From Gammaproteobacteria bacterium (GTDB lineage: Bacteria > Pseudomonadota > Gammaproteobacteria > SZUA-140), in NCBI GenBank assembly GCA_026981935.1, contig JALSIC010000010.1, positions 13,131 to 77,130 on the forward strand: a stretch of DNA of 64,000 nt, written 5' to 3'. How positions within the stretch are numbered: position 1 is the first letter of the stretch; each line of letters starts with the position of its first letter. Shown piece after piece: positions 42,182 to 52,600 of the stretch. Below the pieces are notes generated by a model, which made no database searches, was not told the DNA's origin, and worked only from the letters and a program-made list of their open reading frames with translations. A program made the position numbers and the translations under genes.

Positions 42182-42628
42182 TCACCCCCCACCAGCCAGG
42201 ATCTCTTCGACCACTGCCACGGGAATGCGCGCACCTGTGCCTATGCCCTCGCAGCGGCGCGCCTCCATGCGCCAGCCCTTTTCCGTCGTCACCACCTCTG
42301 GCCAGAAGGGATAGCTCCTGCACTGCAACGGCCGCTTTGGATAAATCCGGCAGCGGGCATCCTCAAGAAACACACAGGCATCACCCTCCATCCGCAGTAC
42401 CAGGCCCCCGTCGGGGTGTCTTGCCAGATAACGATGCCGGAACCACTGCCAGCTCAACCCCAGATAAGAACAGATATCCTCCGCCTCATGCCGGCTGAGA
42501 AAGACATAATGACCATCTCCGCCTCTGCAGCAGGCGCCACAGCCTGTACAGTGAAAGCGCAATGTCCGGCGCCGGTAAAAAGGCTGCTTCCGCGCGGCAT
42601 CATCTTTACTCATGACGCAGCCCTGCAC
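42182..42628 (-). CDS. YkgJ-family cysteine-cluster protein (UPF0153, putative Fe-S/Zn)
   Basis: CTGCGACCRG and a later ...DARCRIYPKRPLQCRSYPFWP motif. Confidence 0.7.
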   Translation of the reverse strand: MQGCVMSKDDAARKQPFYRRRTLRFHCTGCGACCRGGDGHYVFLSRHEAEDICSYLGLSWQWFRHRYLARHPDGGLVLRMEGDACVFLEDARCRIYPKRPLQCRSYPFWPEVVTTEKGWRMEARRCEGIGTGARIPVAVVEEILAGGG

Positions 42629-42784
42629 CCTATAAACAAAGGCATTTTCTCAGCATGTTTCATACCAGAAAAGATACAACAAATTGTTTGCGCTTTACGA
42701 ATGACATTGATATCCTGCGAAAACCGTCGGATCAAGCTCCATAACGGCTTTTTCATCCAACCAAGACAAAGCGAGGAGAAACGT

Positions 42785-43231
42785 ATGGCTGTTAAAAAGA
42801 AAGCTGCCGCAAAGAAGAAAACCGTCAAGAAGACCGCAAAGAAAAGGGTCGCCGCCAAGAAAACCAGCACCAGAAGAACCACAAAAAAAGCAGCTGCCAA
42901 ACCCGCCACCAAACGCATCCGGGCCATCAAGGAACCCATGACCCGCGCCGCCCTCCTCAACCATCTCGCCGAGAGTACCGGCCTGACGAAGAAACAGGTC
43001 ACTTCTGTTTTCGACGAGCTGAAAAACGTCATCGAAGGCCACCTCAAGACAGGCGGGGCGCGCGTCTTCAACCTGCACGGCCTGCTCAAGATCAAGGTGC
43101 ATCGCAAGCCCGCCACCCGGGCCCGCAAGGGCATCAATCCCTTTACCGGCGAGGAAATGGTCTTCAAGGCCAAGCCTGCGCGCAACGTGGTCAAGATCCA
43201 GGCCCTCAAAGGCCTGAAAGACATGGTCTGA
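42785..43231 (+). CDS. HU/IHF-family DNA-binding protein with an N-terminal Lys/Ala-rich histone-H1-like tail
   Basis: Residues 1-50 are AKKK/TKK repeats. Residues ~52-148 (MTRAALLNHLAESTGLTKKQVTSVFDELKNVIEGHL...ARKGINPFTGEEMVFKAKPARNVVKIQALKGLKD) carry the HU-fold arm motif (R-x-G-x-NP-x-TG). RBS GAGGAG. Confidence 0.8.
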   Translation: MAVKKKAAAKKKTVKKTAKKRVAAKKTSTRRTTKKAAAKPATKRIRAIKEPMTRAALLNHLAESTGLTKKQVTSVFDELKNVIEGHLKTGGARVFNLHGLLKIKVHRKPATRARKGINPFTGEEMVFKAKPARNVVKIQALKGLKDMV

Positions 43232-43244
43232 CCTTTCCCCCACC

Positions 43245-43275
43245 GGTGACGGCGTGCGGGATGTGCGCCGTCACC
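43245..43275 (+). terminator. Candidate intrinsic terminator hairpin after the HU-like gene (10-bp stem GGTGACGGCG/CGCCGTCACC; weak U-tract)
   Basis: Perfect inverted repeat 14 nt after the stop codon. Confidence 0.35.
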
Positions 43276-43332
43276 GTTCAAAGCCGGAGCGGCAGCGTCC
43301 GATAGCAAGGACAGGAGGCTTCATTCTCGGAC

Positions 43333-45291
43333 ATGGCGCGGCTTTTCCTCATCCTGATCCTGGCACTCTGGGGTTCCGCCCCTGCGGCGGACAACGACCC
43401 TGACGCCCCGCTGTCGAAACAAAGAAAAGCCTTTCTCGCCGCGGAAAAGGCCCTGCGCGAAGGGGATACGCCGCGTTTCCGCCGCCTTCTCCGGCAACTG
43501 CAAGACTACCCCCTGCTGCCCTACCTGGAATACCAGCAACTGCGCCGGCGCCTGGGACGTGCGCCCGTGAAGGCGGTCCAGGACTTCCTGCGGCGCCACA
43601 GCGCCTCACCCCTGGCCGACCGGCTGCAACAGGCCTGGCTCAGGAGCCTGGCACGCCACGGCCGCTGGGACGATCTCATCGCCGCCTACCGCCCTTCCCG
43701 GAATGTGGCCCTGCAGTGCCTGTACCGCCGGGCGCTGTACAAGACCGGGGCACGCGAGGCCGCGCTGGAAGACCTGGAACGGCTCTGGCTGGTGGGCCAT
43801 TCACAACCGCGCGCCTGCGATCCCCTGTTCGCCGCCTGGCACGACCGCGGCGCCATCACCCCAGAACTGGCCTGGCGGCGATTTGCCCTGGCCATGGGCA
43901 ACAACGAGCTGCGCCTCGCCCGCTATCTGCGACGCTTCCTCCCCGATGCAGACCGGCGCTGGGCCGACCTGTGGATCAAAATCCACCGCCGGCCCGGTCT
44001 CATCGCCACTGCCGCACGCCTGGCACGTCCGCACCCCATGCGCCACGCGATTCTGCTCCACGGGGTGAAGCGCCTGGCCCGCAAGGATCCGCAAGGTGCC
44101 GTGCGCATCTGGGAAGAAAAACTGAAACCCGCCTACGACTTCAGCGCCGGCGAGATCGCCGCCACGGAGCGTCACCTGGCCATCGCGCTGGCTGTGCGGG
44201 GCGACCCCGAGGCGCTTGCCCGGCTGGCGGCAGCCGATGAGCTGGGCAGCCGCGACAATACCCTGCAGGAATGGCGTGTCCGCGCGGCCCTGTACCAACG
44301 CAACTGGCATGCCGTCCTGGCGTGGATCTACCAGCTGGACGAGGCGGCACAACAGGAAGAACACTGGCTGTACTGGCAGGCCCGCGCGCTGGATGCCCTG
44401 CAACAGAAACGTCGGGCCGAGTCACTTTATCTGGCACTGGCGGCCCGGCGCAGTTACTACGGTTTCCTCGCGGCAGACCGCCTGGCCCTGCCGTACCGCG
44501 TGACCAGCCGCCCCACAAGCCGGGAATCTCAAGACATAACGATCCTGGAACACCATCCCGGCATCCTGCGCGCCCGGGAGCTGTTTGCCCTGGGACGCAT
44601 CGTCGATGCCCGCCGCGAATGGTACTACGCCACGCGGGACATGGCGGAATGGCAATTGCGCAGCGCAGCACACCTTGCCCATGCCTGGGGCTGGCACGAC
44701 CGGGCCATCGTCACCATGGCACGCACCCGGCACCGCGACGACCTGGCGCTGCGTTTTCCCCTGGTCCACCGGGAACGGATCCTCGCCCTCGCCTCGGCCA
44801 ACGACATCGAACCCGCCTACGCCTTTGCCATCATCCGCCAGGAAAGCGCCTTCACCCCTGATGCCCGCTCTCCCGCCGGCGCCCTGGGATTGATGCAGCT
44901 GCTGCCCCGGACTGCCCGCCAGGTCGCCGCATCGCTCGGCATGCCATTCTCCCACCGCCTGCAGCTGCTGGATGTGGATACCAATCTCAGGCTGGGCATG
45001 GCTCACCTCGGCCGGATGCTCCGCCGTTACGATCATCATCCCGTCCTGGCGGCAGCCGCCTACAATGCCGGCGCCTACCGCGTCAACAAGTGGATTCGCC
45101 ACGATCACGTCACACCTGCAGATATCTGGCTGGAAACCCTGCCCATTGCCGAGACACGCGGCTACGTGCGCAACGTACTGCTTTTCACCGCCATCTATCA
45201 GCACCGCCTGGGACAACAGCCCCGCCCCCTGTTACAGAGCATGCGCCCCATTGCGCCACCTGGCATGATGCTGGCAAAAACAGAACCCTGA
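43333..45291 (+). CDS. slt: Soluble lytic murein transglycosylase (Slt70 family)
   Basis: Signal peptide, superhelical repeat region, and a C-terminal SLT catalytic motif (IIRQESAFTPDARSPAGALGLMQLLPRTA ... AYNAGAYRV). Confidence 0.88.
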   Translation: MARLFLILILALWGSAPAADNDPDAPLSKQRKAFLAAEKALREGDTPRFRRLLRQLQDYPLLPYLEYQQLRRRLGRAPVKAVQDFLRRHSASPLADRLQQAWLRSLARHGRWDDLIAAYRPSRNVALQCLYRRALYKTGAREAALEDLERLWLVGHSQPRACDPLFAAWHDRGAITPELAWRRFALAMGNNELRLARYLRRFLPDADRRWADLWIKIHRRPGLIATAARLARPHPMRHAILLHGVKRLARKDPQGAVRIWEEKLKPAYDFSAGEIAATERHLAIALAVRGDPEALARLAAADELGSRDNTLQEWRVRAALYQRNWHAVLAWIYQLDEAAQQEEHWLYWQARALDALQQKRRAESLYLALAARRSYYGFLAADRLALPYRVTSRPTSRESQDITILEHHPGILRARELFALGRIVDARREWYYATRDMAEWQLRSAAHLAHAWGWHDRAIVTMARTRHRDDLALRFPLVHRERILALASANDIEPAYAFAIIRQESAFTPDARSPAGALGLMQLLPRTARQVAASLGMPFSHRLQLLDVDTNLRLGMAHLGRMLRRYDHHPVLAAAAYNAGAYRVNKWIRHDHVTPADIWLETLPIAETRGYVRNVLLFTAIYQHRLGQQPRPLLQSMRPIAPPGMMLAKTEP

Positions 45292-45433
45292 GCAGCCCCG
45301 CGGGGCATCAATCTCCTCCGCCTTCCTTCAGCCCTGGTGTGTCATGTTGAATGGGGGCGACAGGGCTGTGGGTGCAGGGCAGGCAGCCGAAATGAAAGTC
45401 TGTGAAACCGGTATAGCATTCGGAAAAACAGCG

Positions 45434-45523
45434 GTCATTTCGACCCTCCCTCTGTCATTTCGACCGAAGGGAGAAATCTTGTTCCACCGCCTCAAGATTT
45501 CTCGCTGCGCTCGAAATGACAGC
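45434..45523. repeat. Family-A MITE/REP-like element, single copy
   Basis: GTCATTTCGACCGAAGGGAGAAATC...GATTTCTCGCTGCGCTCGAAATGACAGC; same sequence family as the 4640-5110 array. Confidence 0.8.
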
Positions 45524-45527
45524 TTAT

Positions 45528-45977
45528 TCAGGCTGTAATCGGTGAATGGAGGTAATAGCGTTGCGGCCTCCGCCCCAAACGAGCTCCCAGACGAGCAAGA
45601 TAAGCACCCAGTTCCTGCCGGGCAAACCGTGACGCATCCCAGCCTTCGGAGGTGAGACGATGCCGGTAGCGGGGCGCCACCACGTAGGTCCAGACCGCGC
45701 AGCCTTCCATCATCACGCGCCGGCGGCGATAGAGTGCTCCTTCATAGGCATCCAGGCGCCGCAGCTGGGCCATGGTCAGACCTTCGTAGAGCACTCCATG
45801 TGCGGTGGCGCCAGGACAGGCCACCAGCCCCGGATAAGGCAGTCCCCGAAAACGATACACGCCAAATCCCGGCAAACTCGCCGCGCGCATGGTTCCCGCC
45901 GACCCGGCAACCCGCATCATCACCCCGGGGAACATGAGCGTGCCATAGCAGAACAGCCTGTGCACTCCGTTTCTCAT
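45528..45977 (-). CDS. Gamma-glutamylcyclotransferase-like (AIG2/GGCT family) protein
   Basis: LFCYGTLMFPGVM N-terminal motif; the internal Met is used as start. Confidence 0.6.
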   Translation of the reverse strand: MRNGVHRLFCYGTLMFPGVMMRVAGSAGTMRAASLPGFGVYRFRGLPYPGLVACPGATAHGVLYEGLTMAQLRRLDAYEGALYRRRRVMMEGCAVWTYVVAPRYRHRLTSEGWDASRFARQELGAYLARLGARLGRRPQRYYLHSPITA

Positions 45978-45999
45978 AAGACATGCATTCACCCCGCAA

Positions 46000-46395
46000 T
46001 CACGACGGCGTACTCCGCCACGCAGCCAGCGCCAGAAAGAGCCAGCCAGCGATGAAGGCAAGCCCGCCCAGGGGCGTCAGCGCACCCAGCCCGCCCGGAC
46101 CGCCGAGGCTGAGAACATAGAGCGAGCCGGAAAACAACACGATCCCGGCCAGCATGGCCCCGCCCGCCCAACGCAGCAACCGCTGTCCCGGCAGACGGTC
46201 CATGGCCAGGGCCACCATCATCAGCCCCAGGGCATGGAAAAAATGATACTGTACCGCGGTCTCATAGGTGCCCTGCCGGCCCGGCACGATCACCTCGCGC
46301 AAGCCATGGGCACCCAGCGCGCCCGAAACCACCCCCAGCGCAGCCAGCAGCGCTGCCGTGACAAAAAAACTTCTGGCATAAGCGGACACTGTCAT
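46000..46395 (-). CDS. DUF423-family small inner-membrane protein (YgdD-like)
   Basis: Four TM helices (ALGAHG...YHFFHALGLMMVALA...). Confidence 0.6.
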   Translation of the reverse strand: MTVSAYARSFFVTAALLAALGVVSGALGAHGLREVIVPGRQGTYETAVQYHFFHALGLMMVALAMDRLPGQRLLRWAGGAMLAGIVLFSGSLYVLSLGGPGGLGALTPLGGLAFIAGWLFLALAAWRSTPS

Positions 46396-47267
46396 TGCCC
46401 TCCCTCCTGGGACGGTTCTTTCATCTGCCGTTGAATCTCCCGTTGCATTTCCTGCAGTTGACGCCGCATGGCATCCCATTCCTCCCGACTCATATCTGGC
46501 CTCATGTCAGGCGCCATGCCTGCCCCGTCCGGCATACCGTCCGTCATACCATCTGGCCCAGGGGAACCGTGGGGTGACATGCCTCCCATGGCCTCCGCAG
46601 CCTGGCGCATCAGATCTGCCTGCGTGATGCGCTGATAGTCGGGTGGCAGCACGAAGACATCCTCGGAAAAATCCACGTTCGTGACAATTCTGAGGATCTC
46701 GTGACTGACGCGCCCGTCGGCCTCCACCGTCTTGAGAGGCACCCCCAGACTGGCGTAGCGTTGCCCCATCACCTCCATGGCATAGGTACAGGGATCCTCG
46801 GCCCCGCTCTCCGGCCCCCCGGATGCCTGTGCCATGACCTGCGCAAAACGCCGCATCCCCGGCAGATCCAGCACGGCGCTTGAAACATAATCGTCGAAAC
46901 AATGGCGGCCTGCCACTGAAACCCGGTAACGCCGGGTCTCGTAACCCGCCACCTCTCCCCCGGCGCCCCGCCCATCGACCTCGACCGCAGGCCGCATGCC
47001 GTCTCCGCGTGCCGGCGTGCCCATCATGCCCTCGTCCAACAAGAGGATGATCCGCTCGGCGGGAGAAACGACATAGACCGCGGAAGCCTGCAGATCCACG
47101 ATCATGTAGTCTTCGGGCTCACCGCTGTCGATGCGCGCCATGGTCTCGCTGATACGCATCTTGGCCAGGTCACCGTTTTCATCCCGGCTCTCGATCAGGG
47201 TGCCGGCGAAGGCGCCAGCCCAGGACAGGATCAATACCAGCGACAATACAGATGGGATGATGCGCAT
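46392..47267 (-). CDS. Secreted hypothetical protein with a Met/Pro/Asp-rich C-terminal tail
   Basis: Signal peptide MRIIPSVLSLVLILSWAGAFAG. The C-terminus is GMSPHGSPGPDGMTDGMPDGAGMAPDMRPDM, containing M-x3-M motifs. Confidence 0.55.
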   Translation of the reverse strand: MRIIPSVLSLVLILSWAGAFAGTLIESRDENGDLAKMRISETMARIDSGEPEDYMIVDLQASAVYVVSPAERIILLLDEGMMGTPARGDGMRPAVEVDGRGAGGEVAGYETRRYRVSVAGRHCFDDYVSSAVLDLPGMRRFAQVMAQASGGPESGAEDPCTYAMEVMGQRYASLGVPLKTVEADGRVSHEILRIVTNVDFSEDVFVLPPDYQRITQADLMRQAAEAMGGMSPHGSPGPDGMTDGMPDGAGMAPDMRPDMSREEWDAMRRQLQEMQREIQRQMKEPSQEGGQ

Positions 47268-47464
47268 GACAGCTCTCCTCATGTTGGGAAGAATATACCT
47301 GTCCAGGAGAGGACCGGCCCCTGACCATGATAACGCCATACTCCATTAAGCCTCCACCGCAAGCTTGCCTTACGGCCTTTCCAGCCCGGCATCCAGCGGC
47401 GCACCCGGATGGCGTGAAACGGAATCCGGAGAGAAACTCCTTTTTTATCCCGGGTTTGGCTCCA

Positions 47465-47530
47465 GATTTCTCGCTGTGCTCGAAATGACAGGGATACTGT
47501 CATTTCCCGCCGCGCTCGAAATGACAGGCT
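47465..47530. repeat. Family-A MITE/REP-like element, single copy
   Basis: GATTTCTCGCTGTGCTCGAAATGACAGGGATACTGTCATTTCCCGCCGCGCTCGAAATGACAGG. Confidence 0.8.
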
Positions 47531-47763
47531 TCACCGGGAACGGCAAGCCCTGACCGAAGCCCATCAACCACAACTATCGAGACTTGCTATTGACAGACGG
47601 CCGCCGCACAGCCAGGAGGCAGACCACGAGGGCCGGAATCCGGGAAAAGGCGCCATTTATCCTGGATTTCGCCTCGCTTCATCGGGTACGCATGTCCGGT
47701 ATTCGGGAATCCTCAAACAGACACTATCCAGCCAGACGCCGTACCGTGCTACCCTTATTAACG

Positions 47764-49587
47764 ATGAAGTTCATCACCCTGCCTCCCCGCACATCCGGCA
47801 CCCGCCCCTCAGGCCTGTCGTGCCGCAAAGCGCTTCCATGGGGATGGGCAACCCTGCTGCTGGCCTGGTGCCTGCTCCTTCCCACTCCCGGCCAGGGCGG
47901 CGAGGTGATCATCGAGGGCCTGGACAAGGCCCTGTCCGAGGCCGTGCTTGCCAGCATCGGTATCGCGGCGGAACAGGACAATCGACGTCTCAGCCCTGCA
48001 CGCCTGCAAGCCCTCCATGCCAGGGCACCAGAAGAAATCCGCCGCGCCCTGCAGCCCTTCGGCTATTACCGGCCTCGCATCGAAGCCAGCCTGGTCCAGT
48101 CGCCGCAGGACGACAGGAAGGACTGGCGCGCGACCTATGTGATCCAGACCGGTGATCCCGTCCGCATCCGCAAACTGAACCTGGACATGGTGGGGGAAGG
48201 CGCCGCGGACCGTCTCCTGCAGAAGGCCCGGCGCCGTTTCCCGCTCAAGGAAGGGGAGGTTTTCGAGCACGCACGTTACGAGGCAGCCAAACGCAGGCTC
48301 CTGCAGCAGGCCCTGTCGCTGGGCTATATCAACGCCCGCTATGCCATCCACGAGGCCCGGGTCTACCCCGAAGAGGGCGCTGCCGATATCAAGCTGGTGC
48401 TGGCCACAGGCATACGCTACCAGTTCGGCCCGATCATTTTCACGGATTCCGTGCTGGACCCGGCACTGCTGGCCCGCTACTCGGACATTCGCGAAGGGGA
48501 ACCCTATTCTGCCAGGCGCCTCCTGGAGCTGCAGAACGCCCTGTTCGGCACCGATTATTTTTCCCGCGTAGAGATCACCCCCCAGCTCGAAGACGTCGCG
48601 GGACGCCGGGTGCCGGTGGTGGTTGATCTGGCGCCGCGCAAGCGCCACCGCTACAGCGCCGGCCTGGGTTATGGCACCGACACCGGCCTGCGCGGCAGCC
48701 TCGGGTACACCAATCGCCGCATCAACCGCCGCGGCCATCGCCTGCGCACCACCCTGCGTTTCTCCCAGCTCGAAGAGAACTTCACCGCCAGCTATCTCAT
48801 CCCCTTCCGCAATCCCCGGCGCGACAAATGGGAGCTGTCTGCCTCTTTTGTCAATGACCACCCCGATGCCGATCGCGAGGAGAACAGTTATATCCTCACA
48901 GTCAGCCGCAGCGTCGGAAGAGGCCGCCACTGGATGGAAACCCTGCGCCTGCGCTACCGTCGTGATTCCTTTCTGGTGGGCTCCCGGCGCGGCGATTCGA
49001 AGCTCCTGCTCCCGGGATTCCACCTGGCATGGATCCGGGGTGACCAGGACCGCTTCCGCATCCGCCGCGGCGGGCGGCTCAGCATGGACCTGCAGGCCGC
49101 CCATGAAAAACTGTTCTCGGATACCTCCCTGCTCCAGCCCCGCCTCGGCGTCAAGTTCATCCTGCCCGCCGGCCTGCAACGCAGCCGCATCCTCCTGCGC
49201 GGTGAAGTGGCCACGACTTTCATCGACCGCTTCGACAGGCTGCCACCCTCGTTGCGCTATTTCACCGGTGGCGACAACAGCGTGCGCGGCTATGCCTACG
49301 AGTCCCTGAGTCCCCGCAACGAGAAAGGCGAGCGCATCGGCGGACGCCACGAGCTGGTGGGCAGCATCGAACTGGATCATCGCTTCCGGGAGAAATGGAG
49401 TGCCGCGATCTTCTGGGATTTCGGCAATGCCTTCGACGACTGGTCCGCACCCGAGATAGAACAGGGGGCCGGCTTCGGCATCCGCTGGCTCTCACCCCTG
49501 GGACCCCTGCGCATCGACCTGGCCGAGGCCGTCAGCCGCCCTGGCAGGGATTTCCGCCTGCATCTCGTCTTCGGACCTGAATTGTGA
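47764..49587 (+). CDS. tamA: Translocation and assembly module outer-membrane subunit TamA (Omp85 family)
   Basis: Signal peptide, POTRA region, and a C-terminal Omp85 barrel (...GGDNSVRGYAYESL...RLHLVFGPEL). It is immediately followed by tamB. Confidence 0.85.
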   Translation: MKFITLPPRTSGTRPSGLSCRKALPWGWATLLLAWCLLLPTPGQGGEVIIEGLDKALSEAVLASIGIAAEQDNRRLSPARLQALHARAPEEIRRALQPFGYYRPRIEASLVQSPQDDRKDWRATYVIQTGDPVRIRKLNLDMVGEGAADRLLQKARRRFPLKEGEVFEHARYEAAKRRLLQQALSLGYINARYAIHEARVYPEEGAADIKLVLATGIRYQFGPIIFTDSVLDPALLARYSDIREGEPYSARRLLELQNALFGTDYFSRVEITPQLEDVAGRRVPVVVDLAPRKRHRYSAGLGYGTDTGLRGSLGYTNRRINRRGHRLRTTLRFSQLEENFTASYLIPFRNPRRDKWELSASFVNDHPDADREENSYILTVSRSVGRGRHWMETLRLRYRRDSFLVGSRRGDSKLLLPGFHLAWIRGDQDRFRIRRGGRLSMDLQAAHEKLFSDTSLLQPRLGVKFILPAGLQRSRILLRGEVATTFIDRFDRLPPSLRYFTGGDNSVRGYAYESLSPRNEKGERIGGRHELVGSIELDHRFREKWSAAIFWDFGNAFDDWSAPEIEQGAGFGIRWLSPLGPLRIDLAEAVSRPGRDFRLHLVFGPEL

Positions 49588-49608
49588 CCCCTGAACCGTG
49601 ACCGGCAC

Positions 49609-52600
49609 ATGAATCCGCGCATCCGCCTCATATCGCTCGTTTTCATGGCGCTCGCCCTGCCAGCGTTGCTCGTCTCGTGGCTGTTCTACAGCACCACTGC
49701 GCTGCAGTGGCTCCTTTCGAGCGCAACCCGGTTCCTGCCGGGCCATCTCTCCTACCAGGGTGTGACCGGCCGTCTCGCCGGCCCCCTCGCACTCGCCGCA
49801 CTGCGCTACGAAGACGAGTCCATGGTACTCGCCATCGAGCGCCTGGAACTGGACTGGCGGCCCCTGCGCCTGCTGCGCGGCGAGCTGTATGTCTCCCGCC
49901 TGGCAGGCCATGGTGCCGGGTTGCAACTGGCACCACGCGCGAAACCTTCTGCCGCAAAACCCACCACCTCCCCACCCCGCCCCGAGCTGAAACTGCCCCT
50001 TGCCGTGCATCTCGGCGAGCTGAGCCTGGAAGATCTGCGCATCACCCGCGATGCGGGCCCGCTCCTCATCCAGCGCCTCAGTCTCAGCGCCGGCTTCCGC
50101 GAAGGTCGGCTGCGCCTGCAAGCCTTTCACGCCGAGATGCCCCGCCTCAAGATGCAAGGCCATGGAAATCTCGCCACTGCCGGGGCCTATCCCCTCGATC
50201 TCACACTGCGCTTCTCGGCCACGCCACCCGGGCTGGCCCCATTCGAAGGAGCACTGGCCGCGACCGGCGACCTCGACAGCCTGGCCGTGCGCCAGACGCT
50301 GACAAGCCCCTTCAACAGCCGTCTCGAGGCCACCATCGAAAACCCCCTGGGCACGCTGCGCTGGCAGGCCCGTCTCATCGTGGAAGATCTCGATCCCGCC
50401 ACCCTGCAACCGCAATGGGAAGCGACAAAGGAGAAAGCGCTGCAGCTGCGCGGGCAGATCGAAGGCGGGGGTGGACTGGCGCGCTTCACCGTGGATGCAG
50501 CGTTGCAGGCCACCTGGCGCGGCATCCCCCTGGCAGGCCGTCTGCGGGCCGGCCATGAACCGGGGCGGCTCAAGATCGGGTCACTGGCGCTCTCGCTGCC
50601 CGGTGGCGACACCCTGTTCTCGTCCGCGGGCCGCCTGGACTATGGCGATGCGCCGCCCCGCATCGATCTGCGGGGGCACTGGCGCGCACTGCGCTGGCCC
50701 TTGTCCGGCACGCCCGTCCTGCAATCCCGTGCCGGTGATTTCCGATTGCAGGGCACGCCCGAGGACTATGGGCTTCATCTCGATGCCGACCTGGACTCGC
50801 CCCAGCTCGCCATTCAACGCCTGGTTCTGCGCCTGCGGGGGAAGAAGCAGGCCTGGCAGATAGAGCGCCTGCAGGCACGGCTCCTCGACGGGCAACTGCA
50901 GGCACAGGGTATCCTGGAGGGTGATCCGGCCACTCCCGCCGGAATGCAGTGGCGATTCCAGGCGAAAGGCAAGGGACTGAATCCCGCCCGCCGGTGGCCG
51001 GACTGGCCGGGCCGGGTGGATTTTTCCCTTGCAGGCAAGGGGCGGGGCCTGCCCCAGGGAGAGGACAGGGCAGGCTTCACCGCCACCCTCGTTCTGCGGC
51101 ATCTCGGCGGCGAGCTGCGCGGCCAGGCGCTCACGGGGTCGGGACGCCTGGAACTGGCCGATGATACGCTGCGGCTCCGGCCCCTCGTCCTCGGGGCTGG
51201 TCGCGCCCGCCTCGCCCTCTCCGGCGAGGTGGGCCGGCGCTGGGCCCTGGGCTGGTACCTGGATCTCCCCCGTCTCGACGCCCTGCTGCCCCATGCGGCA
51301 GGCACCCTGCTGGCCCGGGGCAGCCTGAGCGGTCCCCGTACCGACCCGCTGGTGGATCTGGACGCCCGGGGCAGGGGCCTGCGCTACCGGCAGCATCGCA
51401 TTGGACAGCTTTCGACCCGCGTCCAGTGGCATCCGGGCGAGGAACGCCCTGCCCGTTTGACGGTCAATGCCCTGGACCTGCATATCGGCACTCAGACACT
51501 GGCTCAGGTTTCGATCCAGGGCGCCGGTCAGAGCACCCGGCACGAGGTAAACCTGTGGCTGGATGGCAGCAGTTATCAGCTGCTTGCCCAGGCACGCGGA
51601 AGCTGGGAGGACCAAGTATGGCGCGGCCGCCTGCCCCGCCTGCGCCTCGGCCTGTTCGACGGCAGCATCTGGGAAGGCAGGCTGGAGGAGGAAATCACCC
51701 TTTCTGCCAGTGCGGCGGCCCTGCCGCGGTGGTGTCTGTCCGCGGCACCGCGGCGCCTGTGCCTGGAAGGCGCCTGGCAGCGCATGAGGGGCTGGCATGC
51801 CGCACTGGCAGGGGAAGGACTGCCCCTGACGCTGGTGCAGCCCTGGCTGCCGCCGGCGCTTGCCCTCTCGGGCGACGTCTCCCTCGATGCCGCACTGCAG
51901 GGCGATGAGCGGCAAGCAGTGCATGGCCGTTTGACACTGCGCAGCCCCGGCGGACGCCTTGTTTTTGAAACAGGCAGAACGGGCCGGGACGAACGCATCC
52001 CCCTGGCATATCGCAACCTGCAGCTCACGGGCCGCCTGCTGCAGGGGCGTCTCTCCCTGCAAGCGGATGCGGACCTGGGCACCCAGGGCAGGCTCGCGGG
52101 TGATCTCAGCCTGCCCGTGCCCGCGCTCGGAGCAGGAGATGACAAGGTGGCCGGCAACCTCGCGCTCACGCTCCGGGAACTGCGTCCCATCGCCCTCGTC
52201 GTGCCGGCGGTGGAAGAGGTCGGAGGCACGCTGCGTGCGCGCCTCAGGGCCGGCGGCACGCTGGCAGCGCCGGAAATCGATCTGCAGCTCTTGCTCGAGG
52301 AGGGCCGGTTCCAGCTGCCGACACTGGCCATCGCCCCCCGAGACATCCGTATCGAGGCTCGCAGTCACGCCGGCGCCCTCCTCTTCGAGGGCCGGGCCCG
52401 CTCCGGCCCGGGGCGTGTCACGGTCTCCGGTCGTTTCCAGCCTGCCAGGGAAAGACCCTGGCAGCTGACACTGGACGTACAGGGAGAACGTTTCCTTGCG
52501 GCGGATACCCGCGAATACCGCGTCCTGCTCTCCCCGGCATTGCGCCTGGCGCTGGATCCCGCGACCGGTTCTCTCTCGGGCACCCTGCGCATCCCGGAAG

